This document shows positions 37,813 through 49,801 of a stretch of 64,000 bases of DNA, piece after piece. Location of the stretch: positions 69,336 to 133,335 of the forward strand of contig LSRY02000072.1 in assembly GCA_001643675.2 (NCBI GenBank). Reading direction: 5' to 3'. The notes beneath the pieces are model-generated. The model saw only the letters and a program-made list of their open reading frames with translations. It was not told where the DNA came from and searched no databases. The DNA comes from Monocercomonoides exilis PA203. Taxonomy: Eukaryota; Protista; Preaxostyla. Position 1 is the stretch's first letter, and the number at the start of each line of letters is the position of its first letter. The translations under genes and the position numbers were made by a program.

Positions 37813-40800
37813 ATGTCGATTTTTTCAGTTGTGGCAAAGTACTCATCGACGGGGGTAGGAATTTTATTTTTGCGTTTTTGCGTTTATTATGTTTTTGTGG
37901 TGGGTGCTTTGTTCGATTTTTATTTTGTTTTTGAGGCCAAATATTTGGATAGCAACAAGGGAGATTTTGTTTGTGTGCTCAAGGAGTCAGGTTCCGGGTG
38001 GGCGTATTGTTGCAACAGCTCAGGGAAAAAAGGTGTGCACGAGCATATGTTTTCTTTGGCCTTGCCGAACTGTTTGATAGGATTTCTGCCGAAAAAATAT
38101 CTGAAGCCAATTTCCTCGTTTGATGATGCTCTTGAGGTTAAGGAAGAAAACTCTCCGAAAATGGTTTTTGAGAACAAGCTGCAGTCTCTCAGCCCCGCAG
38201 GAGGAGAATGCGAAGCAGAATTTGTTGACGAAAAATCATCTTCTTGCTGCGCGAGCTGCAAGTCTGCGAAAATGAAAGTTGGAAAACTGGTAGAAAGCGA
38301 ACCTTGTCTGGACTGTGGAGGCAGCGATTATGCGGTTGTTATTGCAGATTATGACGGAAAGATGCAGAACAAGAGATGTCTGACGATTAAAAGTCGAGAT
38401 GTTGTGAGAATATTGGAAAAAGGCGGAGATTGGTGGAGGTGCGAGCTGAACGGGGAGAAGGGGCTTTGCCCATCAAATCTTTTGAAAACAGAAAAAGAAG
38501 TCGAGCTTCTCACAAGAAAATATGCGCATCGAAAACGGAACTGGGCAAACAGAATTGTCGAAGGAAAGAGACGCGCAGCAAAAGCACCAACACCCCGTCA
38601 TGCCGAAGATCAAAAGCTGCCAACAGAAGGCTTCTGCACTTCGTATCATTCAGAGGAGCACAACACAAGCGCACCAGCTGGCTTGACATTTTCGTCCACC
38701 TCATTTCCGCTCAAAGCGTCAAAATCAGAAATTGCTTTTCACGCACCATCTTCAACAGACACAACACAGAGCAAGAAAGGCGATGCAAACATTTCGAGAG
38801 AACAATCAGTCACAGCGGGAGCAGCAGATTGCACTCAGGGAAGGGCGTCTTGCCTTCCTCAAAGTGAGATATCGAATGCAGAAACACCAATCTGCTCATT
38901 GCCTTCAAAAGCGCCCTGCGAAAAGCCAAACATCTGCGCAATTCCAAATGCGTCAGCAAAATCTGATGGTTGTTCAGATGCAAGTGCCGAGCCAAATCAG
39001 ACATCAAAGCTGAAATGGCAGTATCAGCAAGTCGAAAAAGCGCAGACGAAGGAGCAATGGCCACAACAACAACAACAACAGCAACAGCAACAGACACAAC
39101 AGTTCTGTTTGTGTCGCCCTGCTGTTCCAATGCAAGCACAGCATTTTCAGCTGCAGACATCGCGTGGGTACAACACTTGCAATGCATTCAATGCGTCTCG
39201 TTCATTCAACACATTCAACACCCACAATGCATGCAATTCTTATAACCCGTTCAACACGTTCAGTTATCCAAACATGCGCAGCACATGCAATGCACACAAG
39301 ACGTGTCCCACCTTCTCTTCTTGTAAGCCTGACTCTTCTGCTGCATCGTGTCGCCCTCAAACAGCAAGAACCAGCAGCATCCAACAGAACACGGCATCTG
39401 CTTCTTCTGCCTCTTTGTTTTATTACAGGCCTCGCTCTACAAATGCTTCTATTTCTTCTTCTTCTTCTCCATCTTTAAGTTCTCCTTCTGCTTCGCCACA
39501 AGCATTTTCTGCTCCTTTCAAAGTGCCAACAAAAACACCATCTCCTGCATCTCCTTCTTCAACCACACTTACTCCATCATCACCATCATCGTCGTCGTCA
39601 TCATTATCAACCATTTCTTATCCAGTCAACTTTCCGTCGCCTGTGCCAGATGCCAAGATCAATCTTCTTTCTCCGTCTCCTCTTCCTCTTCATCCTTCCT
39701 TCCCTTCCCTTCCTTCCCTTCCTCTTTTGCCACCATGTTATTTGGCACTCAACAAACAGGACAAACAGGCTGTGAATTCTGTCCAAATGCCAGTGGCAAC
39801 TCAGCAATGTGCAGATTGTATTGAAAAGCTCAATGACTGCAATCAAACTTCATCATCACAATCTTTATTGCCGTCATCAATTGACACAATTGAACAACCA
39901 ACAACAACATCCACACCCACATCTTCTCATATGCCATTTGATAAGCATCAAAAAAAGCATCAAAAAAAGCATCAACATCAGCATAAACATGAACATAAAC
40001 AGAAATGCAAACAACATCGACAACATTTGCTGGAGCAGAACTTGCCAACAGACCACACTCAAATGCCAGTTGCTTCTCTGTCTGAATGGAAGGAGTCAAA
40101 AGAAGGAATTGAAGAAGCGAGAAAGGCAGAAGAAGAGCACAAAAAAAGGGAGAAGAAGACAGCTGAATTGAGAACAATGGAAAGGCCAGTGAAATCTGAT
40201 TTGAGTCATCCATCAAGGGAACTCCAAACAGAACAGTTGAATGCTCCATCATCAACAACATCATCATCATCTTCTTCTTCTTCCTCCACTTTGAATTCAA
40301 CTGCTTCATCTTCCCCCAAGGTGTGTGTTGTGACAGGCGGGGCTGGCGGAATAGGCAGATGCTGTGTGACGAAGCTGTTGAAGGAAGGGCTTGTGGTGAT
40401 TGCGATGGATGTGAGCGAAGAGGAAGGGAGGGAAATGGTGCAGAAAATGGCAGAAGGGGAAGAAGAAGAAGAAGAAGTGAAGAAAGATATTAACCTTATT
40501 TCCATTCAGCAACAGAAATCAAACGAGAAGCCATCAATTCAAAGAAAGCATTTTTCAATCACACAATTTGAAGGGCATTCAGTCTTTGCATTTCCACCGA
40601 TAACTGAAATAACTTCATCATCATCATCAACATTATCTTCTTCTCTTCTCTCTCAGCGCCAACTGATCTATTTCGCAGGCAATCCATCAGATGAAAGCGA
40701 TTTGAATGTGTTTGTTTTGTTTGTCCGATCAACAGGATTTGCAGTCAGAAGTCTCATCACAGCGCCTTCTGTCTGTTTGGATTGGTGGGATAAGAAAGAA

Positions 40801-41877
40801 GATTGTGCGAGTGGAAGGAAAGAGGGAAAAGGAAAAATAAAAGGAAGAAGAAAAGGAAAAGAAGAAAGAAAATCAAATAAAAAAGTTGAATCCAATGAAG
40901 TGGATTCTCCATCTTCTTCGTTTCAACAGCCAACGCCAACAGAAGCAAAGGCAAAGACAACAATGCCTTCATTGTTTTCTTCTTCTTCTTCTTCTTCTTC
41001 TTCCTCATCTCCCACTCAACATTCATATCCTTCATCTCCTTCTCATCCCTCTTCTTTCTCTCTCTTCCGCCAAATGCTCAGTGAATGTGTGATTTCTCCT
41101 TCTGTTTTGGTGTCTTCGCTTTCAGACAGATTTTCTCTTGGTGCAAGTGTTGTGTTCATCTCCTCTCCACTCAATTGCTCTTCATCATTTTCATCATTGC
41201 CATCAACACCATCCCCTTCTTCTTCTTCTTCTTCTTCTTCTTCTTCTTCTTCTTCTTCTTCTCTTTTTCCTCCTTCTTCTGATGCCATTTGTGTCCAGCG
41301 TGGAAGTCTGGATTGTCTGACGAGGCGTCTTTCAGCTGTGTATTTGGGTGTTGCGAGAGTGAATGCGATTCATCCTGGCTGGATGGACACGAAAAAGAGC
41401 ATTTTGGAGAATGGAAGGAGAGAAGAAGCAAAGATGTGTGAATGCAAGGGAAGTGGCAGAGATGGTGATGGTGGTGGTGATGATGATGAAGACGATGGAA
41501 TAGATTGCTCTTTGCCTGTTTTCTGCTCGTTGGAGGATTCGACTGAAGGGGTGGAGACAACAAAAGCGTCTGCAAAGTCTTCTGCTGGATGCTCTTTTTC
41601 TGCTGACAAATCGACATTTTTGAATTCGTCGCCTTGTTTGCGCACACCAAACATGACGCCAAACTCCTTTTCTGCTTTGTCCTCTCCTGCTTCTTCCTTT
41701 TCGCTTCCGACACATCCACTTTTGGCGCCGCTCTGCTTCAACAGGCAGATTTCAGAGCCGCAAAGAGGAAGACGCGAAGATGCTGCGAACTTGGCGGTGT
41801 TTTTATGCAGCGACGAAGCATCATTTATTTCAGGGCAGTGCATCAGTGTGGATGGAGGGTTTGGGAACAGCTATTAG
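37813..41877 (+). CDS. Tandem SH3-domain protein fused to a C-terminal, insertion-split short-chain dehydrogenase/reductase (SDR) domain
   Basis: SH3-1 appears after removing in-frame GT-AG introns 37855-37935 and 38033-38080 (VVAKYSSTG|AKYLDSNKGDFVCVLKESGSGWAYCCNSSGKK|GFLPKKYL). SH3-2 is VIADYDG...LTIKSRDVVRILEKGGDWWRCELNGEKGLCPSNLL. SDR motifs are KVCVVTGGAGGIG, RVNAIHPGWMDT and GRREDAANLAVFLCSDEASFISGQCISVDGG. Confidence 0.85.
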   Translation: MSIFSVVAKYSSTGVGILFLRFCVYYVFVVGALFDFYFVFEAKYLDSNKGDFVCVLKESGSGWAYCCNSSGKKGVHEHMFSLALPNCLIGFLPKKYLKPISSFDDALEVKEENSPKMVFENKLQSLSPAGGECEAEFVDEKSSSCCASCKSAKMKVGKLVESEPCLDCGGSDYAVVIADYDGKMQNKRCLTIKSRDVVRILEKGGDWWRCELNGEKGLCPSNLLKTEKEVELLTRKYAHRKRNWANRIVEGKRRAAKAPTPRHAEDQKLPTEGFCTSYHSEEHNTSAPAGLTFSSTSFPLKASKSEIAFHAPSSTDTTQSKKGDANISREQSVTAGAADCTQGRASCLPQSEISNAETPICSLPSKAPCEKPNICAIPNASAKSDGCSDASAEPNQTSKLKWQYQQVEKAQTKEQWPQQQQQQQQQQTQQFCLCRPAVPMQAQHFQLQTSRGYNTCNAFNASRSFNTFNTHNACNSYNPFNTFSYPNMRSTCNAHKTCPTFSSCKPDSSAASCRPQTARTSSIQQNTASASSASLFYYRPRSTNASISSSSSPSLSSPSASPQAFSAPFKVPTKTPSPASPSSTTLTPSSPSSSSSSLSTISYPVNFPSPVPDAKINLLSPSPLPLHPSFPSLPSLPLLPPCYLALNKQDKQAVNSVQMPVATQQCADCIEKLNDCNQTSSSQSLLPSSIDTIEQPTTTSTPTSSHMPFDKHQKKHQKKHQHQHKHEHKQKCKQHRQHLLEQNLPTDHTQMPVASLSEWKESKEGIEEARKAEEEHKKREKKTAELRTMERPVKSDLSHPSRELQTEQLNAPSSTTSSSSSSSSSTLNSTASSSPKVCVVTGGAGGIGRCCVTKLLKEGLVVIAMDVSEEEGREMVQKMAEGEEEEEEVKKDINLISIQQQKSNEKPSIQRKHFSITQFEGHSVFAFPPITEITSSSSSTLSSSLLSQRQLIYFAGNPSDESDLNVFVLFVRSTGFAVRSLITAPSVCLDWWDKKEDCASGRKEGKGKIKGRRKGKEERKSNKKVESNEVDSPSSSFQQPTPTEAKAKTTMPSLFSSSSSSSSSSSPTQHSYPSSPSHPSSFSLFRQMLSECVISPSVLVSSLSDRFSLGASVVFISSPLNCSSSFSSLPSTPSPSSSSSSSSSSSSSSSLFPPSSDAICVQRGSLDCLTRRLSAVYLGVARVNAIHPGWMDTKKSILENGRREEAKMCECKGSGRDGDGGGDDDEDDGIDCSLPVFCSLEDSTEGVETTKASAKSSAGCSFSADKSTFLNSSPCLRTPNMTPNSFSALSSPASSFSLPTHPLLAPLCFNRQISEPQRGRREDAANLAVFLCSDEASFISGQCISVDGGFGNSY

Positions 41878-43389
41878 AGAGACGATAACTGGGATGTGGA
41901 AGAGAAAGAGAAAGAGAAAGAGGAACAAATAAAAAGAGTTTGGGTGCTTTTGTGAGATGAAGATGCGAATGTGCTTGCGATGAAGGAGAAGATGACCGAA
42001 AAAATTGTTGAGTTTAAACACAGCAACTGTTTATTTATTTATTTATTTCTTGCTTTCAAAGCAATTTCAGGATTATTCTTGATTTTTGAAGAGATCTTTT
42101 TCGAGTTCTGTTGATTGAATGAGATGTTGGGATGCTGCCAATGTGTGTATTTATTGAGCACAGAAATGCTGTTATTGTGCATTGAGGTCAGTTGGAGCAT
42201 TTGCTTAATCCTGAAAAATCAATTGTTGTTTTTCATTTTTAAACACAAATTTATGTTGATTCTTTCATTTGTTTGTGTGTTTGTTTTGATAGAAAAATTC
42301 TTGTTTCATATTGTTAAAGAATACAAATATATGCATTTTTTATTTGACCTCACAACATTCACACCACCCCACCCGCCTCTTTATTTCATGGCATTGCTCA
42401 CAGTTTTCTTGTCATGTTTTTGCAAATGTTTATTTAATCTTTGTTTTCATTTTATTTTCTGTTAATTTTTCCTCCTCTTATCTTTATTTGTGTTTTTTTT
42501 TCTTTTCAAAACATTAAATTCGTGAAATGTTTCATATTTCTTTCTTTTTCTGCGACAATGCCAATTGCCATTCACATTCTTTGATTTGATAATTGTGTTA
42601 TTTTGCCATGTTTTGCTTCATTTTTTCAGAAGTTAGAAAAGACCACTTTTGCTTTTGTTTGCTAAATTATATATTTTTATGATTCATTTTTTCGTATTGA
42701 AGTCTTTGAAGCATGATTTGCACCATTCTTTTGCTTCCAGATTTTTGTTGAATGTGTTTTTTGAATGAAGAATTTCTTTCTTTCTTTCTTTTTCTTTCTT
42801 TTTCTTTTGAAAATGCAAAATCTCCACAACAGTTTCAATGAAGTTTCACTGAAACGATTTATTTCTTTTGCACTTATGTATGAATAATCATCACAGTCAC
42901 CACGTTTTCTCTGAGATTTTGCTTTTCTTCCTGAGCGAATGGTTGCATTATCTTTAATGTGATTGTTTTAGGTTTTTGACACAGCAACAAAAATCAACAA
43001 AAGAAATTGCATCGTTGTTTTCAATTGTTTTGATAGGCACAAAAAAAAAAGCTTGATGAATAACAGGAACAGTTTTTGAGCATTTAATTTTATTTTCAAA
43101 CAGCCTACAAACATCATCTTTTCCACACAAAAAATCAGTTTCAAAAGAAATGGAAAAAATGAAATGAATTGCGTTTCAGTGAAATGAATTAACATTTTGA
43201 ATTGCCAAAATCTTGATGAGTTTTAAATGCATCAAAAAGGATCTCGCTGATTCAGCGTGTCATTGCACTTTTTCAGAGGAAAAGATTTGAACAAAATTTG
43301 AAGCAAATTCATCATCCAAATCTGGCAGCTTTCCATTTGTCTGGATGCATTTTGTTTAGTGAGTGTATTCATCGCATCGAACCAAATGT

Positions 43390-45713
43390 TCACTTCACGT
43401 GCTTCTCTCCATCTCTTCTCTTTTGCCAGTTCCCTTCTGCCTGCTTGTCCCACTGCCTCCCTCTTTCCCTCAGCGGGTCAATCACAACAAGCGAGTCGTC
43501 TTCTGCACTCTGCGCTGTTAATGATGACGATGAAGATGAGGAAGAGGAAGAGGATGACAATGCACCCAGCATCAGTTCGCTTGTGTCTCGGGTGAAGTGC
43601 AGCGTGTGGCGCATCCACTCAGTCGAGTTCGCGTTGTAGTCGTCCGCGTCTTCTCGATCCAGATAGTGCGTTATCTTCGTGTTTTCTCCCCCCTCAGAAT
43701 CACTTCCTGCTGATTCCAAATTTCTGCTCTGTTCCTTCTCCTCTTCACCTGCTTCATTTCCGTTGTTTCTCGCACTGATTCCATCTGCAGCTTCTTGTTC
43801 TTCTTGTTCTTCTTGTTTTTCATCTCCGATTCGCATCCTCTTTGTGTTTTGATCAAAACGCCCTGTTTTCTTTCCTCCACTCGTTCCTGTCCACAGTCCT
43901 CCCCCAATCAATGAATCAAACTTCGCCAGGCGCTCCATCATTGCTGCGTTTCTGCCTGATATCAGTTGTTTGCGCCCAGCTTCTCTTAATCTGAAGAAGC
44001 AAACCAAAAAATCCAAGAAGAAAAAATAAGTTAATAATAAACCACGAAATCATTTTCAATGAGTTGAAAAACAAGCAGATTTATTTCTGCATTCAAATAT
44101 AAATTCTCCCAACAAATTATCATTCACACCTTCTTTTCTCCACTGGCGTCGCATCCTCGTCGATCGACAGCTCAATCATCTGCTGCTCCACCGTCCGTGG
44201 CGCTGCTCGCTCTTCCCCATTCTTCTCCTCTTCAAAGCGATTTTTCTTCGTGTGCTTCAGAGAAAGCGCATATAATGCTCCTTCATCCTCATCATTTTCA
44301 TCATCATCATCATCATCTTCTTCTTCTTCTTCTTTTCTCTTCTCCTCTTCCTCCTTTTTCTTCTTTTCCTTTTTCTTCTCATTCAATTCTCGGCTCCTCT
44401 TTGTGAATGATTTTCTCATCATGAACGCATCAAAATACTCATCACTTGCCCCTTCGGCCAGTTTCTCTTCTTCGCTTTTTTCATGCCCACCCAACCGAAC
44501 ATCCTTGACGCTCTCTCTTTCGTTCTCTTTTGGCCCTGTGTCTACTCTGGCTGTGCTTTCAAACGGTGTTCCAGAAAACAGAGCTTTCTTCCACTTTGCC
44601 TTTTTGTCTGCGAACAAATCACTCGGTGAATCTTCCATTCCACCCCGTTTGGTTCCTTCACCTCCATTTTCGCCTTCTTCCGTTTTTTTGTTCTTTTTGC
44701 CATTTTCCACTGCCTTTTCCTCCTTTGGTGTTTTTGCCCTGCTAACTTGAACACTTTCTCTGCTGAGCATGTCATCTTCCAGAACATCATGAGCCGAAAC
44801 AACCTGATTCTTTGTGCGCTTCTGATCTCCCTCTTCCTTCTCATCGCTTTCATCTTCGCTGTCCTCACCATTTTCATCGTCAATCTGTGCAAACGACAGA
44901 AGCTTGGCGTCTCGCCTTGTCGTCCCCCTCACCGTCTGCCGCTCTGCCTCTTTCTTCTTTTCGTTATTCTTTATTTCATTCATCTTCTCTTGCTGCGCTG
45001 CCAGTTCCTCTTTGCTCAAAGGCCGCGGCACCATCACTGCATTCTCCATCCCGCCAAACGGATTCGTGATCACTTCTGCTCTCAGAAGCTTCGGCGGGTA
45101 GAAAGGGCGATCGTGTGCATCGCATTCCACCTCTCCAATCGTCGTCACCGTGAAAATCGTGTCAAACGACACCTTCCCAAATATCGTGTGCATCCTGTCC
45201 AGCCACTCGCACTTGTCCAGCGTTATAAAAAACTGGCTCCCGTTCAAGTTCACCTCCTGAATCCCTCTTTCGCTCGCAGGCGTCGCCATCGCCACAATGC
45301 CCCGATGGTTGAACTTCAGCCTCGAGTGGAATTCAAGCGCAAACGGCTTCCCGTATATCGACTCGCCCCCTTCCCCGGTCCCCGTCGGATCCCCGCCCTG
45401 GATGCAGAACCCTTTCACAATCCGGTGGAAAATCGTGTTGTCGTAGTACCCTGTCAGGCAGTGCTGGATAAAATTCCGGCACGCTTTCGGCGCTTCTTTT
45501 GCCCACAGCTCCACAACAATGTCCCCGTGGTTCGTCACCAATTTGACCTGAATCACGCGCAAGCACGCCATCATCAATTATCCAAGCAAAGCACCACCAA
45601 CCAGTTCAATAAGAAAAACAACCACAAATAATTACAAAACACAAAGCAAAAAGAACACGCAAAAAGAATACCGTTCCCGTCGTCGCCGGCTCAGACAAGT
45701 ATATATTGGACAT
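43390..45713 (-). CDS. CWC27: Spliceosomal cyclophilin-type peptidyl-prolyl isomerase CWC27
   Basis: MSNIYLSEPATTGT|VKLVTNHGDIVVELWAKEAPKACRNFIQHCL..YYDNTIFHR...QGGDPTGTGEGGESIYG.PF..EFHSRLKF, with a C-terminal WMRHTLHF...VIDP. Introns at about 45548-45672 and 43991-44128. Confidence 0.92.
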
Positions 45714-46265
45714 TTATCAAAAAACGAGCAATTCTCCACATTTATAATGGTTGCAATAATTTCAAAAAACCAAAATCTCACAAATGCTATCGGTTGATTG
45801 CATATATGAATGGATAAATCAACACATATATTCTTTTGAAGTTAGCTTATTATTATCTTTCATTGCTGTCTAAAATGAAAATTGAATAAAAAAATCACTC
45901 AAAAAGAAAATTTCGCCTCCAAAAATGAAAATCATAAATTCTGACAAAAAGATTATCACATCTTTCACATGTTTGCACTGATATATTCTTCTGCTTTGCC
46001 CTCATGCTTTTCTTCTTCTTCATTTGTTTTCATTTCTGTTGATTCATTTTCTCCATCTTTCTCTCAACTCCTGTTTCTTTGAACCTTTTGTGTAGTTCTC
46101 TGAATTGGCTGAAAACAATTGCAGCTTATTTCATAAAGCTGGATATGTAATCTTCTTTGAAAGAATTCGTGAAATCTTCTTCATTATCTTTGCAAAAATT
46201 AAATTTGCAGGAGGAAAAAAACAAAAAAATAAAAATCTCATTGAAATGAATGATGAAATCGCTTT

Positions 46266-47804
46266 TCAACTGACAAATAATTTTTGATGTTCAAAGAAGA
46301 ATAAGATAATTGCTGAGATCATTTGAAAATCCCCACACACGAGCACCCCCAAAGCAACTTTCCTGAAGCTGACAATAATATCTTCATATCCTTCTTCTTC
46401 CGTCTTCTCATGCACCTTTCGGAAAAGCATCATTTTCTTCTTTGCTTTTTCGCTTTCTTTTTCTCCTTTCCATTCAGCCAGCTCCAGGCAAACCAAACAT
46501 ACCAAGTCAAGCTATTCTTTTTTTCTTTTTTTCTGCTCAATATTCGAGAAAGGTGATAAAAAACACTTCTGCCGCGCGTTAAAAGCTCATCGTTAATTGT
46601 TGGCTGATGCATTTCCTCCAAAATGAAATCTACAGCCTCTTCGCACAGGAAGCAATCAGAAGATTCTGCTTCATGCAAAATGATATGAAACAAAAATGTG
46701 AGGCATTTCCTGAATATTCTTCTGTGGCTGCCCTTTGCTGCTCCACACAGACCAATGATGCATCTCGTCAGTTTGTTGCATTCATCGTTCTGCATTTGGA
46801 CTTTCAGAGAATAAAAATTCAATAAATTGAGCCATCTGTCCAAAATAATCGTTTCTTTCGTTTCTTTTCTTTTTTCATCCTCCTCCTCTTCTTCCTTTCT
46901 CTTCCAATCCACACATTTCATCAGCTCTTCCAGCTCTCTTGTTGCTTCTCCCACAAAATGCAATTCATTCACAATGATGCTCTTCGGACACTTGTCGAAA
47001 ACCAATCTGCCTATCAAAAACAGCCAAGCCGATTGGCATGCGAGTTTGGTCAGGTTGCGGTTTTCGTGATGGCACTTCATGATTTCTGTCATCCGCCTCA
47101 GATACAATTCTTTATCAATATGCTTCATGATTTAAAAAAATATATAAAAATATGAAACAAAAAAGGAAGAATGAAGCTCATGCATAATGTTTTCTAATGT
47201 CGCTCAATCCAAGTAAAGCCATTTCCACTTCTTTTTGAGTCTCCTCATTTTTCTCCTTTTTCCTCAATGCAACTTGCAGAACACAAGACATGCAAATCGA
47301 AAGCAATTCCTCTGAAACATAACCATCGCACAGCATCATGCAGCATTCGCAAAGATCAACCAGAAACTTTTCATTTCTCTCTTCTTCTTTCTTCTTTTCT
47401 TCTTCAACAATCAACCTCTCAAACCTTTTGCCCAACGAAGAATAAATAAAATCATAGCTTATGGAATAATTCAGCACTTTCCAATATCCCATGTGCTTCA
47501 GCAATGCAATCGTGTTTTCCAATGACATTTTCTTTTCTTCAATCATTTTGTCCATTCTGCTGAACAATTGTTCTTTGAAAGCAGAATCCAACTTTTCTTT
47601 GTCCATTCCTTCCATCAATCTGTCGATTTCTTCAATTTTCTGAATCTGCTCTTTCTCCCCACGATCCTCCAGTTCATGAATTAATCCTTCAAAATAAAAA
47701 AAATAGAAATAATTCGATCATTTGGAATCAAAACACGATGCCGTACACAAACGAGAGAACTTTTCAGAGATGTCAATGTCCTGATATTTGAATTTATGTT
47801 GCAT
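46266..47804 (-). pseudogene. Member of a lineage-specific multicopy helical-repeat (ARM-like) family; apparent frameshift near 46520
   Basis: ORFs 47178-47618, 46430-47128 and 46266-46505 chain into one protein (KKEKNEETQKEVEMALLGLS, HHENRNLTKLACQSAW, EEEGYEDII). The last part is out of frame, and the intron at about 47123-47183 appears to have a GC donor. Confidence 0.6.
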
Positions 47805-47929
47805 TCAGAAAACGTAGTATTTTTTATCATTCAAACAGAAAATGAATCATAACAGGAAAGAGACAATGACTATTTAAACTCCAAAGAAAGTATTATATAT
47901 AAAGTTTTCATACCATCCGTCTTTGAATT

Positions 47930-49130
47930 GATATTTTAATCAAGCGAATATTGAGATAAACAACGCTTTATCTTCTTCAAGTTTGCTCTTATGGATGATT
48001 TGATCAAATTCGATTTTGGAAAAACCGAATATTTTTGTAAAACAAGAGAACTACAAGCGAATCTATCCAGCATAATATTTGTTATTAAATTGCCAGTGAT
48101 GGTGACAGACAATGACGGAGAAGAATCGAAATATCTTTTTTTTTTGGAACGATTTTTGGAAATGAATGGCTCAGGGAAAACGACATTCATATTTTGGTTG
48201 CAAACAACAAATACATAAAATAAACAAAATAAATTTGAAAAGTGATTGGAAGAAGGGAAAAAAGGAGAATGCAGACAATTGAAAGGAAGTCTGAAAGTTC
48301 GAAATTAAATGAGAAGTCGTTCTTTTCAAACAAGAAAAGTGATTGACACGAATGAAATTTGACTTTTTGTGAGGGGAGGGTGGGAAGGCAGAAGGAGAAA
48401 GAAGCAGCGGAAGACATTTGAAAAGGAGATAAATAGCATTCCATGTTGAACATTTCTTTTTCTCTTGCGATGGTCAGGACAGGAATGAGACTTTGAGGAA
48501 TGTTTTGAAAAAACAATGCAAGTGCTATTTCTGTCACTGTTTCAAACCTTATGAAACAAAAGGGAACAAAGCAAATGGAATCTGTTTGTTCTCAAAGATG
48601 TTTTGCTTCCTTTTTTTCAAGTTCAATACTCACTGTTTCAACAACCCAACTGTTCTTCTTCAATGGATGTTTTTTGAAGTGTTATTCAAACATTCTCCAT
48701 TTTCAGCAAAGAGAAGTTGCTTCTGCTGAAAAGAGGGGGAATAAACATCAGATGATGTATTGAACCTTATTTTTGCATGTGCTCACATTCAAATGATTGA
48801 ATTCTTCATTTGGTGAAATTGTGAATACCAAAACACAGCAATCACCATCAACCGCAAAGCTTTCATCACCAAAATTGGGGTGATTGCTTCATCCATTCCT
48901 TTCTTTTTGAGGAATGTGAACGTTTTTCAGATTCATGAAAAGGCTTGAGAAAGAAAGTTAATCATCAACCGTTGTTCCAATTGCATCTTTCAAATCTCTT
49001 CTGGAACAATCCTCAAAATGAATGGAACATGCTGAAAGTGACCATTCAATCAGAACAAGATCTTTGCTCTCAGCATAAATAGCTCTCAATGGATTGTGAA
49101 CCATCTTGTGATGATGATAGCATGTTTGTT
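47930..49130 (-). pseudogene. Heavily degraded coding-like remnant
   Basis: Composition is richer than flanking spacers, with short ORF fragments interrupted in all frames. No family assigned; strand tentative. Confidence 0.3.
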
Positions 49131-49801
49131 GTTTCAAAGTCTTTCACTCCACACACACTCAAAAAATCAATTGGATTGCAAAAACACAAACAAGCAATTG
49201 AAACACTTGAAAATAACAGAAATGAGAAAAAGTTAAACATTCTTCATCTTTGGAGATATTACAGCGTTTTGATGAAGACAAAAACACATCAACAAGTAAA
49301 AGAAACAAAAGAAACAAAAAAATAATCTTTCAACACAACATTCCACAAATAAAATAATAAGCCATCAAACAAACACAAAACAAAGAAAAACAAAGACGAT
49401 ATTCTAACCACAATGAAACAAAAAAACAAAAAAAAAGACAAAAAATGCATATTTTCAATTTATAAATCTGGGGAAATGCTCTCCAGAAAATAATCATGAA
49501 CAGAAACAGATGGAAAAAAAATACTTCTTTTGTAATTAAATACATAAACATTAAAAAAACATAAAGAATCTAATTTAACAGAACAGACCTCCTAACAATC
49601 AAAATATTGACAATAAAACTTCAAAAAAAGAGACAAACACACATACACATACAAAATAAAAAATGAAGATAATTTTCTATGCCTAGGAATTGGCACAAGC
49701 AAAATATTTGTGCAAACAAAACACTGCATTTTACAGGATGTTTTTTTCGGAGCTCATAAAATACCGTCTGACAAACACTTGCTGCTCCATCTGCCCAAAT
49801 C

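Noticed and set aside
39170-39300. Short repeated units (YNTCNAFNASRSFNTFNTHNACNSYNPFNTF) as a CRISPR-like or non-coding array
   Set aside because: This is a degenerate 9-nt coding repeat inside the SH3-SDR ORF, with no constant repeat-spacer structure.
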